A stretch of DNA of 64,000 bases, taken from contig JBBAAM010000007.1 in NCBI GenBank assembly GCA_041658245.1, positions 4,089-68,088 of the forward strand. The letters are read 5' to 3'. The position numbers and the translations under genes are program-made. Of this stretch, positions 7,617 through 17,306 are shown in pieces (within the stretch, counting starts at the first letter, position 1; each line of letters starts with the position of its first letter). The notes below the pieces were generated by a model. It saw only the letters and a list, made by a program, of their open reading frames with translations, was not told the origin of the DNA and ran no database searches. Source of the DNA: Melioribacteraceae bacterium. GTDB taxonomy: Bacteria; Bacteroidota; Ignavibacteria; Ignavibacteriales; Melioribacteraceae.

Positions 7617-8885
7617 CTATAATTTAACATCCCAATAAATTTTATTTTTTAATTCATCCATCCACTTTGCATACAATTTTTGTTTCTTGTAATACTCAGC
7701 AATTCGTTTTATTTCCGGATAGTCAATATTTAAGTCTGCTTTATGAGCCGGAATTCTTTTTTTCAATTTAACAATATGATAACCGTAAACATTTCTATCT
7801 ACTTCAAGTCGTTTTGGAAAACTTACCTCGCCTTCCTTTAATTTATAAATAACATCAAGAAGAGATTTGTCAAGCTGGCTCGTCTCAAACGTTCCAAGCT
7901 CTCCACCGAACTTAGCAGATTCTTTATCATCACTATACTGCCGTGCATAGTATTCTATATTATTTTTACCACGAACAATACTATCTCTTAAATCTGTTAA
8001 AAACTCAATTGCCTTTAGATCAGATTCTTCATCACTCTTAACTTTAATAAGAATATGTCTGCAATGGATTGATTCGCCGCGTCTTTCTAAAAGTTGAATT
8101 ATATGAAAGCCAAAAACAGTTTCTACTACACCGGAAATTTGATTTGGAGCTAATGCAAATGCAGCCGCTTCAAACTCAGTCACCAACGCTCCTCTTTTAA
8201 CGGAACCAAGATCGCCGCCTTGCGATGCGTTGCCGGTATCATTAGAATATTTTTTTGCAAGTGCAGCAAAATCAGCGCCTTGCTTAAGTGAATCCAACAA
8301 GGATATAGCAAAATCTTTTGCTTTCTTTTTTATACGTTCTCCTGTTTTAGGATTTTGGAAGACATGCTGTATAACAAATTTCTCCTGAACATCCGGCAAT
8401 GAATCACGGAAAGTTTCAAAAAAATCTTCAACTTCTTTTCTTGTAGCATCAAGTTGGCCGAATTTCTTCTGCTGAAGCATATAAGACATTAATCCTTTAC
8501 GAGTATCATCTTGGAGTGATCGTTTTATTTTTTCATACGGCATACCGTAAATTTGTTCAAGCCGATCACGCGAGCCATATTGCTGAATAAAATAATTCAT
8601 CTGGTCTTCAAGGCGCTGTTTCACTTGATCATCAGTAACAGTTATCGAATCAAGTTCTGCCTGAGCAAAAAGCAGTTTTTCTTCTATCATTGCATTTAGA
8701 ATCTGACGGCGTAAATTAACATCAGCCGGATTTAGATTCTTTTGGGCAGCTTCCATATTAGTTCTGAAATCAAGTTCTGATTGTAAAATGATTTCATTAT
8801 CAACAACAGCAACAATTTTATCTATTGCTTGCTGTGCATTTATTACTCCGGCAATTACCAACAGGATAAAAAATATTTTCTTCAT
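7617..8885 (-). CDS. SurA-like periplasmic chaperone / parvulin-type peptidyl-prolyl isomerase
   Basis: Signal peptide, SurA-N-like region (IVAVVDNEIILQSELD) and two parvulin-like blocks (GGDLG...GFHIIQL; GGELG...GYHIVKL). Confidence 0.8.
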   Translation of the reverse strand: MKKIFFILLVIAGVINAQQAIDKIVAVVDNEIILQSELDFRTNMEAAQKNLNPADVNLRRQILNAMIEEKLLFAQAELDSITVTDDQVKQRLEDQMNYFIQQYGSRDRLEQIYGMPYEKIKRSLQDDTRKGLMSYMLQQKKFGQLDATRKEVEDFFETFRDSLPDVQEKFVIQHVFQNPKTGERIKKKAKDFAISLLDSLKQGADFAALAKKYSNDTGNASQGGDLGSVKRGALVTEFEAAAFALAPNQISGVVETVFGFHIIQLLERRGESIHCRHILIKVKSDEESDLKAIEFLTDLRDSIVRGKNNIEYYARQYSDDKESAKFGGELGTFETSQLDKSLLDVIYKLKEGEVSFPKRLEVDRNVYGYHIVKLKKRIPAHKADLNIDYPEIKRIAEYYKKQKLYAKWMDELKNKIYWDVKL

Positions 8886-9727
8886 TCTAAATACCTCTCA
8901 ATTTCCAAATTATGATCTGCGATTAATTTATCTATATACTCTTTTATATACTGACTTCTTTTTACAATTGATAATCTTTCTTTTACTTCATTCTTAACCA
9001 TATCCAGCGGCGGGATAAGATCTTTACCAAGCTTTTCAAGAAGTTGAACAACTGTGAATTTCATCGGTTCCGTTTCTAAAACAACACTTACTTCGTTTAC
9101 ACCTAAAGTTGTGATAACGCGAAGCAATGTAGTCGGTTGGATCTGATATTTTAATAACAATTTTTGAGGATGTAATTCGATTACTGATTGATCATCACGA
9201 TATTGATTTAATGCCCGATTCCATTCGGTTTCGAGTAAAGAATTTCTGAATTCAACCGCTTTATTATAATCGTTAAATTTAATTTCATTTAATCTGTAAG
9301 CATCATCAACCAGTTTAAAATCATCTTTATTGTTATCAAAATATTTTTTTATTTCGTCTTCAGTCGGTTCGATTCTATTCTCATCCACTATTTTCCTAAT
9401 GAATAAGGCGGAAGCTAATTCTTTTTGAGTCCGGTCCAGCAATGATTTGAATTCTTTGTCATCTAATAATCCTTTATCAGCCGCTTCTTGAAATAGAATT
9501 TCGGTTTGTATCCAGTTGTTGATATACTCTTCTCTATATATCCCTTTATTACGTTCTTCCGTTAAAGCTAATTTTACATCATCTTCCGTTAATACGGACT
9601 TATTTACTTTTGCAATATGCTTGGATGGTTTTTCTTCTTTAGAACAACCATACTGAGTTAATGCAAAAGCAAAAAATATTATTATGTAATTATTGTTACT
9701 GCTTAAATGCTTTGCTAAGTTCTTCAT
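8882..9727 (-). CDS. SurA/PpiD-like chaperone lipoprotein (no clear intact parvulin motif)
   Basis: Lipobox LTQYGC and SurA-N-like text (IAKVNKSVLTEDDV...NWIQTEILFQEA). Located between two PPIase genes with a 4-nt overlap downstream. Confidence 0.5.
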   Translation of the reverse strand: MKNLAKHLSSNNNYIIIFFAFALTQYGCSKEEKPSKHIAKVNKSVLTEDDVKLALTEERNKGIYREEYINNWIQTEILFQEAADKGLLDDKEFKSLLDRTQKELASALFIRKIVDENRIEPTEDEIKKYFDNNKDDFKLVDDAYRLNEIKFNDYNKAVEFRNSLLETEWNRALNQYRDDQSVIELHPQKLLLKYQIQPTTLLRVITTLGVNEVSVVLETEPMKFTVVQLLEKLGKDLIPPLDMVKNEVKERLSIVKRSQYIKEYIDKLIADHNLEIERYLE

Positions 9728-11678
9728 AATATAGTTTTGGTTTATAAACTTTTTTAAGCTTATTCAAATATTCATCCTCCAGGCGTTTGCTTTCGCTTTC
9801 CTGTAATTGACTGCTTGCTTCTGCTTTTGCTTCATCAAAAGTTTTTATGCGAGCTGAATCGCGTTTAACTAGTTTTACAATTGACCAACCGTTATCAATT
9901 CGGAAAGGTTTGGAAATATCACCTAAGTTCTTCAATTCGTTTGATTGTTTTGATAATTCATTGATATCAATATTTACTAAACCGTGATAACCGGGAGTGT
10001 TATCATATCCGGTTCTTTGATTATACTTTGCAAACAAAGTATCATAGTTAGCATTTGACGCTACTAATGAATAACACTTGTTCATCAAAGAATCTGTTTG
10101 ACAGTAGATCTCTTTGAACTCAACTCGATCTTTCCATTTATAGTTTTGTTTATTTTGTTCCCAAAAAGAATAAACTTTCGCACTGTCTATAGAAATTTTA
10201 GACCATACTTCTTCTTCAAGAATTTGGAATAAATAAATTCCTTTTTCGTATTCGTCAATCAGTTTTGCAAATTCGGGATTCTCATTATCGTATGTTAAAG
10301 CTTTTTCTTTGATCAATAAGTCGCCGGAATATATTTTCAGAGATTCATCAAGGATCAATGAATTAATAATCATATTTAAGCTAATATTACGTTTGATCAT
10401 AAATGCGAACAAACTATCGCATGGATAAGATTTATTATTAATTCTAAAAAGCTCCTGGCTTCCAACTACTTTCTGCAGATTACTTTTCCAGTAACTCTCG
10501 GTGATTCTTGTTGTATCGCTGTTAGCCAATATCTTAGCAAATGTTTCTCCATTTAAGGAATACTTCAATTCCGTTTTTAATTTTTCCCCTAATTGTTCAT
10601 AGTCTGTTTTATAACGCATCCGGTCGTAAATCGTTTTAAGTTCTTCTTTCTCTTGTTCGTAGGTTGGATATGAAAATTCGTCGGCTAATCTTATTAAGTG
10701 AAAACCAAATTGTGTTTTAACAATAGGAGAAATTTCACCTTTCTTTAGTTTGAATGCAGTTTCATCAAATTCTTTTACAGTACGTCCGCGTTGAATGGAT
10801 CCGATAGAACCTCTCTGAATAGCGCTTCCTTTATCTTGAGAATATTTTAGCGCCATTTCGCCAAAGTCAGCTCCTTTTTTAATTTGTAATTCTATATCCT
10901 GAATTGTTTTGTATGCTTTGGCAGTATCGGTTTGACTTGTTGAATCAGCAAAAGGAATTAATATATGTTCAACTGCGATTGATACCCTACGTGGATGTTT
11001 TTCGGTAATTTTGATTATATGATAACCTGAACCGGAGAAAACTAATTCGGGATAAATTTTTCCTAGCTCTGTTCCATAGACAGCATCTTCAATAGCAATA
11101 TTGTTTACTAAACCGGCAGTAAAATAGTAAACATCTCCGCCGTTGTTTTTTGAATAAGTATCTTTGGAATATTGTTTAGCTAGTGTTGCAAAATCTTCTC
11201 CGTTTTGAATACGCTTTATAAGCTCTTTACCCAATTCTTTCACTTTACTTTCGCTCATAGAAGAATCGGGAAGAAGAAAAATATGACTTGCTCTAAATTC
11301 AGTTTTTCTTTTTTCATAAAGCTTATGCATATTCGGTTCATATAATTTATCGTTTAAATATAGAGTAGAGCCAATATTCATTTTATAATCACGTAATTCT
11401 TTTTGCATATCGGAGTCTTTTGTATAACCACGTACTTCAGCATCGCGTAATTTTAATTTATAGTTAAGATAGAGATTGAGAAATTTTTGATAAGAACTCA
11501 ACGAATCTGTTTTAACTTTTTCATATCCGCCAGAATTTCTTTCGTATGCCTTCTCAAAATCATCTAAATAAATTTTGTAATTGCCGTATTCTGCAACAAC
11601 TATCCTCTGGTTTTGGGATGCGCATGAGATGAAAATAAATAATGGTAAAATGAGTAAAAGTAATTTCGTCCTATGCAT
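9696..11678 (-). CDS. PpiD/SurA-like large parvulin-type peptidyl-prolyl isomerase
   Basis: Signal/lipobox (FISCAS). Parvulin blocks ASHIFL...GGDVYYF...GYHIIKI and VEHILI...GSIGSIQRG...GFHLIRL. Confidence 0.75.
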   Translation of the reverse strand: MHRTKLLLLILPLFIFISCASQNQRIVVAEYGNYKIYLDDFEKAYERNSGGYEKVKTDSLSSYQKFLNLYLNYKLKLRDAEVRGYTKDSDMQKELRDYKMNIGSTLYLNDKLYEPNMHKLYEKRKTEFRASHIFLLPDSSMSESKVKELGKELIKRIQNGEDFATLAKQYSKDTYSKNNGGDVYYFTAGLVNNIAIEDAVYGTELGKIYPELVFSGSGYHIIKITEKHPRRVSIAVEHILIPFADSTSQTDTAKAYKTIQDIELQIKKGADFGEMALKYSQDKGSAIQRGSIGSIQRGRTVKEFDETAFKLKKGEISPIVKTQFGFHLIRLADEFSYPTYEQEKEELKTIYDRMRYKTDYEQLGEKLKTELKYSLNGETFAKILANSDTTRITESYWKSNLQKVVGSQELFRINNKSYPCDSLFAFMIKRNISLNMIINSLILDESLKIYSGDLLIKEKALTYDNENPEFAKLIDEYEKGIYLFQILEEEVWSKISIDSAKVYSFWEQNKQNYKWKDRVEFKEIYCQTDSLMNKCYSLVASNANYDTLFAKYNQRTGYDNTPGYHGLVNIDINELSKQSNELKNLGDISKPFRIDNGWSIVKLVKRDSARIKTFDEAKAEASSQLQESESKRLEDEYLNKLKKVYKPKLYYEELSKAFKQ

Positions 11679-11769
11679 TAGGAAACCTCCATTAGTGTGA
11701 TTTTTTAGTGTGCTATTTTACCCATTGAGGGTTTGAAAATCAAGGAATGAAGCGGTTGTTCTTTAAATG

Positions 11770-12729
11770 CTAATGCTTCTTTCGCTGAGTTTTTATACTG
11801 ATTGGCGCGGTATTGCGTTCCCAGAAAACACCAAATTCATATCCTTGAATAGTTTTATTTTTTTCTGCTTCTACGAGCCGTTTTTCAGCGATACAAGCAT
11901 AAAATAAGTCTAATTCGATACCAACAAATGTGCGGTCTAACTTCTTGGCAACAACCGACGAAGTTCCCGAGCCAAGGAAAGGATCAAATACCAAATCCCC
12001 TTTGTTGGAACCGGCGAGAATTAACTTAGCAATCAGCTTTTCCGGCTTCTGAGTAGGATGAGGTGTGTTCTCGCCCATAGACCAGAACGGAACTGAAATA
12101 TCATTCCAAATATTAGAAGGAAAAGTTAAACGGTAATCGCCATTCTTAAGTGAACTCCAATCTTTCGGTTTCCCATTTGAATCGCGATACGGGGCAAGAA
12201 CTCTTCTGTTCAATTTAACAGTATCAGTGTTGAAAGTATATTTATTTGAGTTAGTGCAGAACCAAATATCTTCCGAATTATTCTTCCAATTTTTATTAGC
12301 GCCCCTTCCTTTCTCTCTTTCCCAGGTAATTCGGTTTCTAACAATAAAATATTTTTCCAGAACTAGAGGAATTGAAATCGAAGTATGCCAGTCCCCGCAA
12401 AAATAAATTGAAGCAGTAGGTTTCAAAATCCGTTTTAGTTTGGAGATAAAACTCTCAATCCACTCGGCATATTCAAGAACGGATCTTTCTTTAAATGAAT
12501 TTGAATTAAATGTTTTAGTAAGATTATATGGCGGATCAATAATAATCAGATCAACAAATTTTTCCGGTAAAAAGTCTAAAACATCAAATAAATTTTGGTT
12601 GATAGTTTTATTAATGATTTCCGTAAGTGAAGTTTTGTTGTCCAGTTTTATTAATCGTTTAGAATAATCGGATATTTCTTTACGGCTTAATGTGATTGTT
12701 TTATTTCGAGGAGATTTTGGTTTATTCAA
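11770..12729 (-). CDS. Second orphan DNA methyltransferase, beta-class N6-adenine/N4-cytosine type
   Basis: IIIDPPYNLTKTF (motif IV) then HPTQKPEKL...VFDPFLGSGTSS (motif I). Clearly a paralog rather than a copy of 5594-6436. No endonuclease gene is adjacent. Confidence 0.85.
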   Translation of the reverse strand: MNKPKSPRNKTITLSRKEISDYSKRLIKLDNKTSLTEIINKTINQNLFDVLDFLPEKFVDLIIIDPPYNLTKTFNSNSFKERSVLEYAEWIESFISKLKRILKPTASIYFCGDWHTSISIPLVLEKYFIVRNRITWEREKGRGANKNWKNNSEDIWFCTNSNKYTFNTDTVKLNRRVLAPYRDSNGKPKDWSSLKNGDYRLTFPSNIWNDISVPFWSMGENTPHPTQKPEKLIAKLILAGSNKGDLVFDPFLGSGTSSVVAKKLDRTFVGIELDLFYACIAEKRLVEAEKNKTIQGYEFGVFWERNTAPISIKTQRKKH

Positions 12730-12771
12730 TGTCTGTTATTTTTATTTTTAAACTTAACTTAAATGGAGCGC

Positions 12772-12828
12772 TGATTATTATGATTGTTTATGATTTATTA
12801 TGATCATAACGAATCATAATCATCATAA
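12772..12828. repeat. Phased heptamer array / long AT-rich imperfect palindrome upstream of methyltransferase 2
   Basis: TTATGAT starts at 12778, 12788 and 12798 (10-bp phasing). The inverted ATCATAA starts at 12803, 12813 and 12822. The centre is TTATGATCATAA, which contains GATC. Confidence 0.6.
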
Positions 12829-12853
12829 AAATCCGTGTTCTATTCTTACAAAA

Positions 12854-14896
12854 TCATTTTGCTGTTTTGCCTACTTCGATCGCTTCGTCTATTTCAATGA
12901 TCTTTACTTTTCCTTCTTCCGGAGTATCAACAGCTAAGATCATTCCTTGAGATTCAATCCCAAATAATTTTGCCGCTTTAAGATTAGCAACAATTAAAAT
13001 TTTCTTACCAATAAGCTCTTCCGGTTTATAGCTTTTCGCTATTCCTGCAACTAATTGACGCTGTTCATTTCCTAAATCAATTTGAAGTTTAAGAAGTTTA
13101 TCACTCTTCTTCACACTTTCGGCGGCAATAATTTTTGCAACCTTTAACTTTATCCGCTTGAATTCATCAATTGTTATTTCTTCTATTGATTCTATTGGCT
13201 TATCTGCCATTGGTTCGAGTTTATTAATTTGTTCTTCTATCACTTTATCTTCAATTTTTGTGAATAAAATTTCTGCTTCATTAAGTTTTTGTCCGGGATG
13301 TAAAATTGAATCTCCGCATTTTGACCATTCAGTTGGTCTCGCATTCAGCATTTTCAAAATTTTAACACTAGTATTTGGAATTACCGGTTCAAAAATTACT
13401 CCAAGAGTGTAAATTGTATTCAAGCAAATATTGATTGTGGTTGCGCATTGCTCTTTATTTTTCTTTGAAGTTACCCAAGGTTCTGAGTCGTTAAAATATT
13501 TGTTACCGGCACGAGCAAGATTCATCATTTCGAAGATTGCATCCTTAATTTTAAAACGCTCCAATAAATCTGCAATCTTTTGAGGTTGAGATTTTAGATA
13601 ATCAAGCATCTCTTCATCAATTTTTTGGAGATTATTTCTTTCCGGAACTTTACCATCAAAATGTTTGTGTGCAAAAGTAAATGTTCGGTTTACAAAATTT
13701 CCGAGTATATCGGCAAGTTCACCATTCGTCCGTCCTTGAAATTCCTTCCAGAAAAAATCAGTATCCTTATTCTCCGGTAGATTTGCCGCAAGTGTATAAC
13801 GAAGAAGATCAGCAGGAAATAACTGAAGAAATTCTTCTAGATCAATTCCCCATCCACGGCTTTTAGAAAATTTCTTACCCTCAAAATTTAAGAATTCATT
13901 TGCCGGAACATTCTGCGGCAGAATAAATTTATCTTTGTTAGCATCGTTCCATGCCATTAAGATGGCGGGAAAAATAATTGTGTGAAAAACAACATTATCT
14001 TTTCCAATGAACGCAATATACTTCGTATCAGCACCTTGCCAATATTCTTTCCACAAATCCGGTTCACTGCGCTGATGAGATAATTCTTTTGTAGCTGAGA
14101 TATAACCAAGAACTGCTTCAAACCAAACATAAAGAACTTTGTTTTCCACTCCGTCAAGTGGAACTTTAACACCCCAGTCAAGATCGCGGGTTATTGCGCG
14201 GTCTTTCAAACCATCATTGAACCATCCTTTGCAATATTGAAGAACATTATCTTTCCAACCATATTTTTCATTCATCTCATCAATATATTTCTTTAACCGG
14301 TCTTGATATTTTCCCAATTGGAAATAATAATGAGATGTTTCTTTCAATACAGGAGTCTGACCGCTGATCTTACTCTTTGGATTTTTCAATTCAGATGGAT
14401 CATAAAGCGAACCGCATTTCTCACATTCATCACTTCGGGCTTCTTCGTTTCCGCATCGTGGACAAGTTCCTTCTACATAACGATCCGGTAAAAACATTTT
14501 TACTTTCTCATCGTAGAATTGCATCGTTTTCTTTTCTACAAGAATTCCTTGATCATAGAATGATTTGAAAAAAGATTGCGCTGTTTCATGATGGATTGGT
14601 AAGCTCGTTCGTGAATAAATATCAAAGCTCATTCCAAATTTTTCGAAAGCGGATTTGTTTGCATCATGGAAATGGTCTATAACTTCTTTTGGTGTGATCT
14701 TTTCTTTATCGGCTGTAATTGTAATCGGTACGCCATGTTCATCTGAGCCGCAAATGTAAAGGATATCATCGCCATTCAATCTTTTGTATCGAACATAAAT
14801 ATCAGCCGGCAGATATGCGCCGCTTAAATGCCCTAGATGAATATTCCCATTTGCATACGGTAGTGCTGAAGTAACTAAAACTTTTTCCTTAGCCAA
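12854..14896 (-). CDS. metG: Methionyl-tRNA synthetase with C-terminal tRNA-binding domain
   Basis: HIGH motif (NGNIHLGHL), KMSKS motif (KFSKSRG), zinc knuckle CPRCG...CEKCG and an EMAP/Trbp111-like C-terminal domain. Confidence 0.95.
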   Translation of the reverse strand: MAKEKVLVTSALPYANGNIHLGHLSGAYLPADIYVRYKRLNGDDILYICGSDEHGVPITITADKEKITPKEVIDHFHDANKSAFEKFGMSFDIYSRTSLPIHHETAQSFFKSFYDQGILVEKKTMQFYDEKVKMFLPDRYVEGTCPRCGNEEARSDECEKCGSLYDPSELKNPKSKISGQTPVLKETSHYYFQLGKYQDRLKKYIDEMNEKYGWKDNVLQYCKGWFNDGLKDRAITRDLDWGVKVPLDGVENKVLYVWFEAVLGYISATKELSHQRSEPDLWKEYWQGADTKYIAFIGKDNVVFHTIIFPAILMAWNDANKDKFILPQNVPANEFLNFEGKKFSKSRGWGIDLEEFLQLFPADLLRYTLAANLPENKDTDFFWKEFQGRTNGELADILGNFVNRTFTFAHKHFDGKVPERNNLQKIDEEMLDYLKSQPQKIADLLERFKIKDAIFEMMNLARAGNKYFNDSEPWVTSKKNKEQCATTINICLNTIYTLGVIFEPVIPNTSVKILKMLNARPTEWSKCGDSILHPGQKLNEAEILFTKIEDKVIEEQINKLEPMADKPIESIEEITIDEFKRIKLKVAKIIAAESVKKSDKLLKLQIDLGNEQRQLVAGIAKSYKPEELIGKKILIVANLKAAKLFGIESQGMILAVDTPEEGKVKIIEIDEAIEVGKTAK

Positions 14897-14971
14897 GATT
14901 TAACTCAATATTGTGGTTTATTTGCGGGTAAATATAAGAAAAATAAGAGAAAGGATTGAGTGGAATGAAAT

Positions 14972-15017
14972 ATTCTTGCTCTCAATCTATAATGATTATA
15001 AGACTGAGAGCAAGAAT
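14972..15017 (-). terminator. Stem-loop terminator candidate downstream of the acyl-CoA synthetase gene
   Basis: ATTCTTGCTCTCA (14972-14984) pairs perfectly with TGAGAGCAAGAAT (15005-15017), giving a 13-bp stem and 20-nt loop. On the minus strand it is followed by ATATTTCATT. Confidence 0.55.
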
Positions 15018-15026
15018 AGTATAATT

Positions 15027-16850
15027 TTATCCTTCAAGACCTTTGTACATATCTTCAATTAAATCCTTGTATCGTTCTTCAACAAATTTACGTTTTATCT
15101 TAAGCGAAGGAGTAAGTTCACCGGTTTCGATTGTAAATGGTTTATCTAATATTGCAAACTTGCGAACGCGTTCAAAGTTGGCAAGTTTTTTCTGGAATTG
15201 ATCAAGTTCTCTATCAAGTAGTTCATAAATCTGTTTCATCTCCACGAGTTCATCAATTGATTTGTATTGGATTCTATTTGCATCGGCATACTCTTTAAGT
15301 GCTTCATAATCCGGTACAATAAGAGCACTCACGAACATTCTGCGATCACCGATCAAAATAAATTGATCAATGTATTTGCTTGCCAAGAACATGTTTTCAA
15401 TTGGTGTCGGTGCAATATATTTTCCGCCGGATGTTTTGAACAAATGTTTCTTTCTATCGGTAATAATTAAAAATCCTTCGGCATCAAAAACACCGATATC
15501 ACCTGTGTAAAGCCAGCCGTCTTTAATTGTTTCTTCAGTTTCTTTTTTGTTCTTGTAGTAACCTTGCATAATGTTAGGACCGTAAGCTAGAATTTCACCA
15601 TCCTTAGCAATTTTAATTTCAACACCGGGCATTGGTTTGCCAACTGTTCCAAATTTGTAATCATTTACTCTATTTGCAACGATAACCGGAGAAGATTCTG
15701 TTAATCCGTATCCCTCAATAACTAAAATACCGGCAGCTTCAAAAAATAAACCGAGTTCTCTTGCGAGTGCCGCGCCACCGGAGATAAAAAAGCGTAATTT
15801 CCCGCCGGTTTTTTCTCTTAATTTATGAAAGACTAGTTTATCTGCGAGTTTATGTTTGAGCGAAAGAAAAATTGGAATTGGATGACCGGATTTTTTTGCA
15901 ACGCAGTATTCTTTACCAATTTCTATAGCCCAATTAAATATTTTCTGTTTCTTTTCCGGTTGTGACTCAACATTTCGTTTTATCTTACTATACATTCTCT
16001 CAAACAATCGCGGTACAGCAGTTATGATTGTCGGGTGAATATCTTCCATATTGCTTGCAATTTTTTCTATGCTTTCGGCATAAACTATAGTGCCGCCGCA
16101 AGAAAACGCAGTATAGTATCCGCCCATTCTTTCAAAGATATGGCAAAGCGGAAGGAACGATAGGAATATATCATTCTCTCCAATATCAAAAATTTCATGT
16201 GCTGCTTTTATATTGGATACAATATTTTTATGAGTCAGCATTACTCCTTTAGGTACACCGGTCGTACCCGAAGTATAAATAATTGTGCAAAGCTCATTCT
16301 CTTGAGTGAGTTTAGAACTCTCTTTAAAATAATTCGGATGATCTTTACCGAACTCCATTCCTTTTGCCTGAACATCCGAGAAATTGAAAACATCTTTTTC
16401 TGTTACTTTATCTTCATTATTCATTATAACTATGAACCGTAGAGTTTTACATTCATTCCTCACCTTCAATACTTTATTTAGCTGAAATTTATTCGATACT
16501 ACTATTCCAACAGATTCCGAGTTGTTAAGACAAAACTCTATTGTTTCTGAAGTGGAGATCGGATAGAGTGGAACATCAACACCGCCAAGTCCAAGAACAG
16601 CCATATCGGAATAAACCCACTCGGGACGGTTCTCTGCTATAATAGCTACCTTATCGTTCCGTTTAACACCCAATGCAGCAAGACCTAATGCTAAGTTTTC
16701 TGTGTCTCTATAAACTTCATCATACTTAATTCCTAACCACTGATCATTAGCTTTATATTTAAGTACCGGCCTTTCTTTCCCCCTTCCAAAATCCTGAGTA
16801 ATAATTTGAAAAAGTTGTGGGATTGTTTTGAAGTCTTTATAGATTGGCAT
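15027..16850 (-). CDS. Long-chain fatty acid-CoA ligase (AMP-forming acyl-CoA synthetase)
   Basis: AMP-binding signature IIYTSGTTGVPKGVMLTHKN, YGLTE and GWLYTGDIG motifs. 607 aa. Confidence 0.9.
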   Translation of the reverse strand: MPIYKDFKTIPQLFQIITQDFGRGKERPVLKYKANDQWLGIKYDEVYRDTENLALGLAALGVKRNDKVAIIAENRPEWVYSDMAVLGLGGVDVPLYPISTSETIEFCLNNSESVGIVVSNKFQLNKVLKVRNECKTLRFIVIMNNEDKVTEKDVFNFSDVQAKGMEFGKDHPNYFKESSKLTQENELCTIIYTSGTTGVPKGVMLTHKNIVSNIKAAHEIFDIGENDIFLSFLPLCHIFERMGGYYTAFSCGGTIVYAESIEKIASNMEDIHPTIITAVPRLFERMYSKIKRNVESQPEKKQKIFNWAIEIGKEYCVAKKSGHPIPIFLSLKHKLADKLVFHKLREKTGGKLRFFISGGAALARELGLFFEAAGILVIEGYGLTESSPVIVANRVNDYKFGTVGKPMPGVEIKIAKDGEILAYGPNIMQGYYKNKKETEETIKDGWLYTGDIGVFDAEGFLIITDRKKHLFKTSGGKYIAPTPIENMFLASKYIDQFILIGDRRMFVSALIVPDYEALKEYADANRIQYKSIDELVEMKQIYELLDRELDQFQKKLANFERVRKFAILDKPFTIETGELTPSLKIKRKFVEERYKDLIEDMYKGLEG

Positions 16851-16971
16851 GAATATCTCCTTTTTAAGTTGCGGTTCAAGATAATTTGAGGTCGGATAAA
16901 ATGCAATAATGAGAGACTAACTATTTTTAATGAAAGTATTTATAAGAAGACTTTTGGTCGGAATTGATTCG

Positions 16972-17298
16972 TTATTGTGCCCAGATTTCTCCATTAACAA
17001 CAGGAGTTACACAGATAAGCGGTTTTTCCGGCACATGGAGTTTTTCAAATATCTCTTCAAACAATTTGTATTGTAATCCTTGAGATTCGATTTTAGAGAA
17101 TTTTTTGTAAGACATGAATTCGCCATTCTTATTCTGCGGCGCATTAAAATGAAATGAAGTACTTAGATCTTCCTTTGCGCGTCCTTTTAGAAATTTTATT
17201 TTTTCTTCGTCGCTTCCTTCCATTTGATATGACTTTGCTTTGAAGGCTGTAACAAAATTATTATCAATGATCAGATAAATATTTAGGATGGTTTCCAA
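16972..17298 (-). CDS. Hypothetical protein (108 aa)
   Basis: ORF only. It starts 8 nt after the upstream membrane-protein gene. I recognise no motif. Confidence 0.4.
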   Translation of the reverse strand: METILNIYLIIDNNFVTAFKAKSYQMEGSDEEKIKFLKGRAKEDLSTSFHFNAPQNKNGEFMSYKKFSKIESQGLQYKLFEEIFEKLHVPEKPLICVTPVVNGEIWAQ

Positions 17299-17306
17299 TA
17301 AAAATC

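Noticed and set aside
12772-12828. CRISPR-like or tandem-repeat array
   Set aside because: The units are 7 bp at 10-bp spacing with both orientations. There are no spacers of CRISPR length and no cas genes, so I treat it as an operator or hairpin array.
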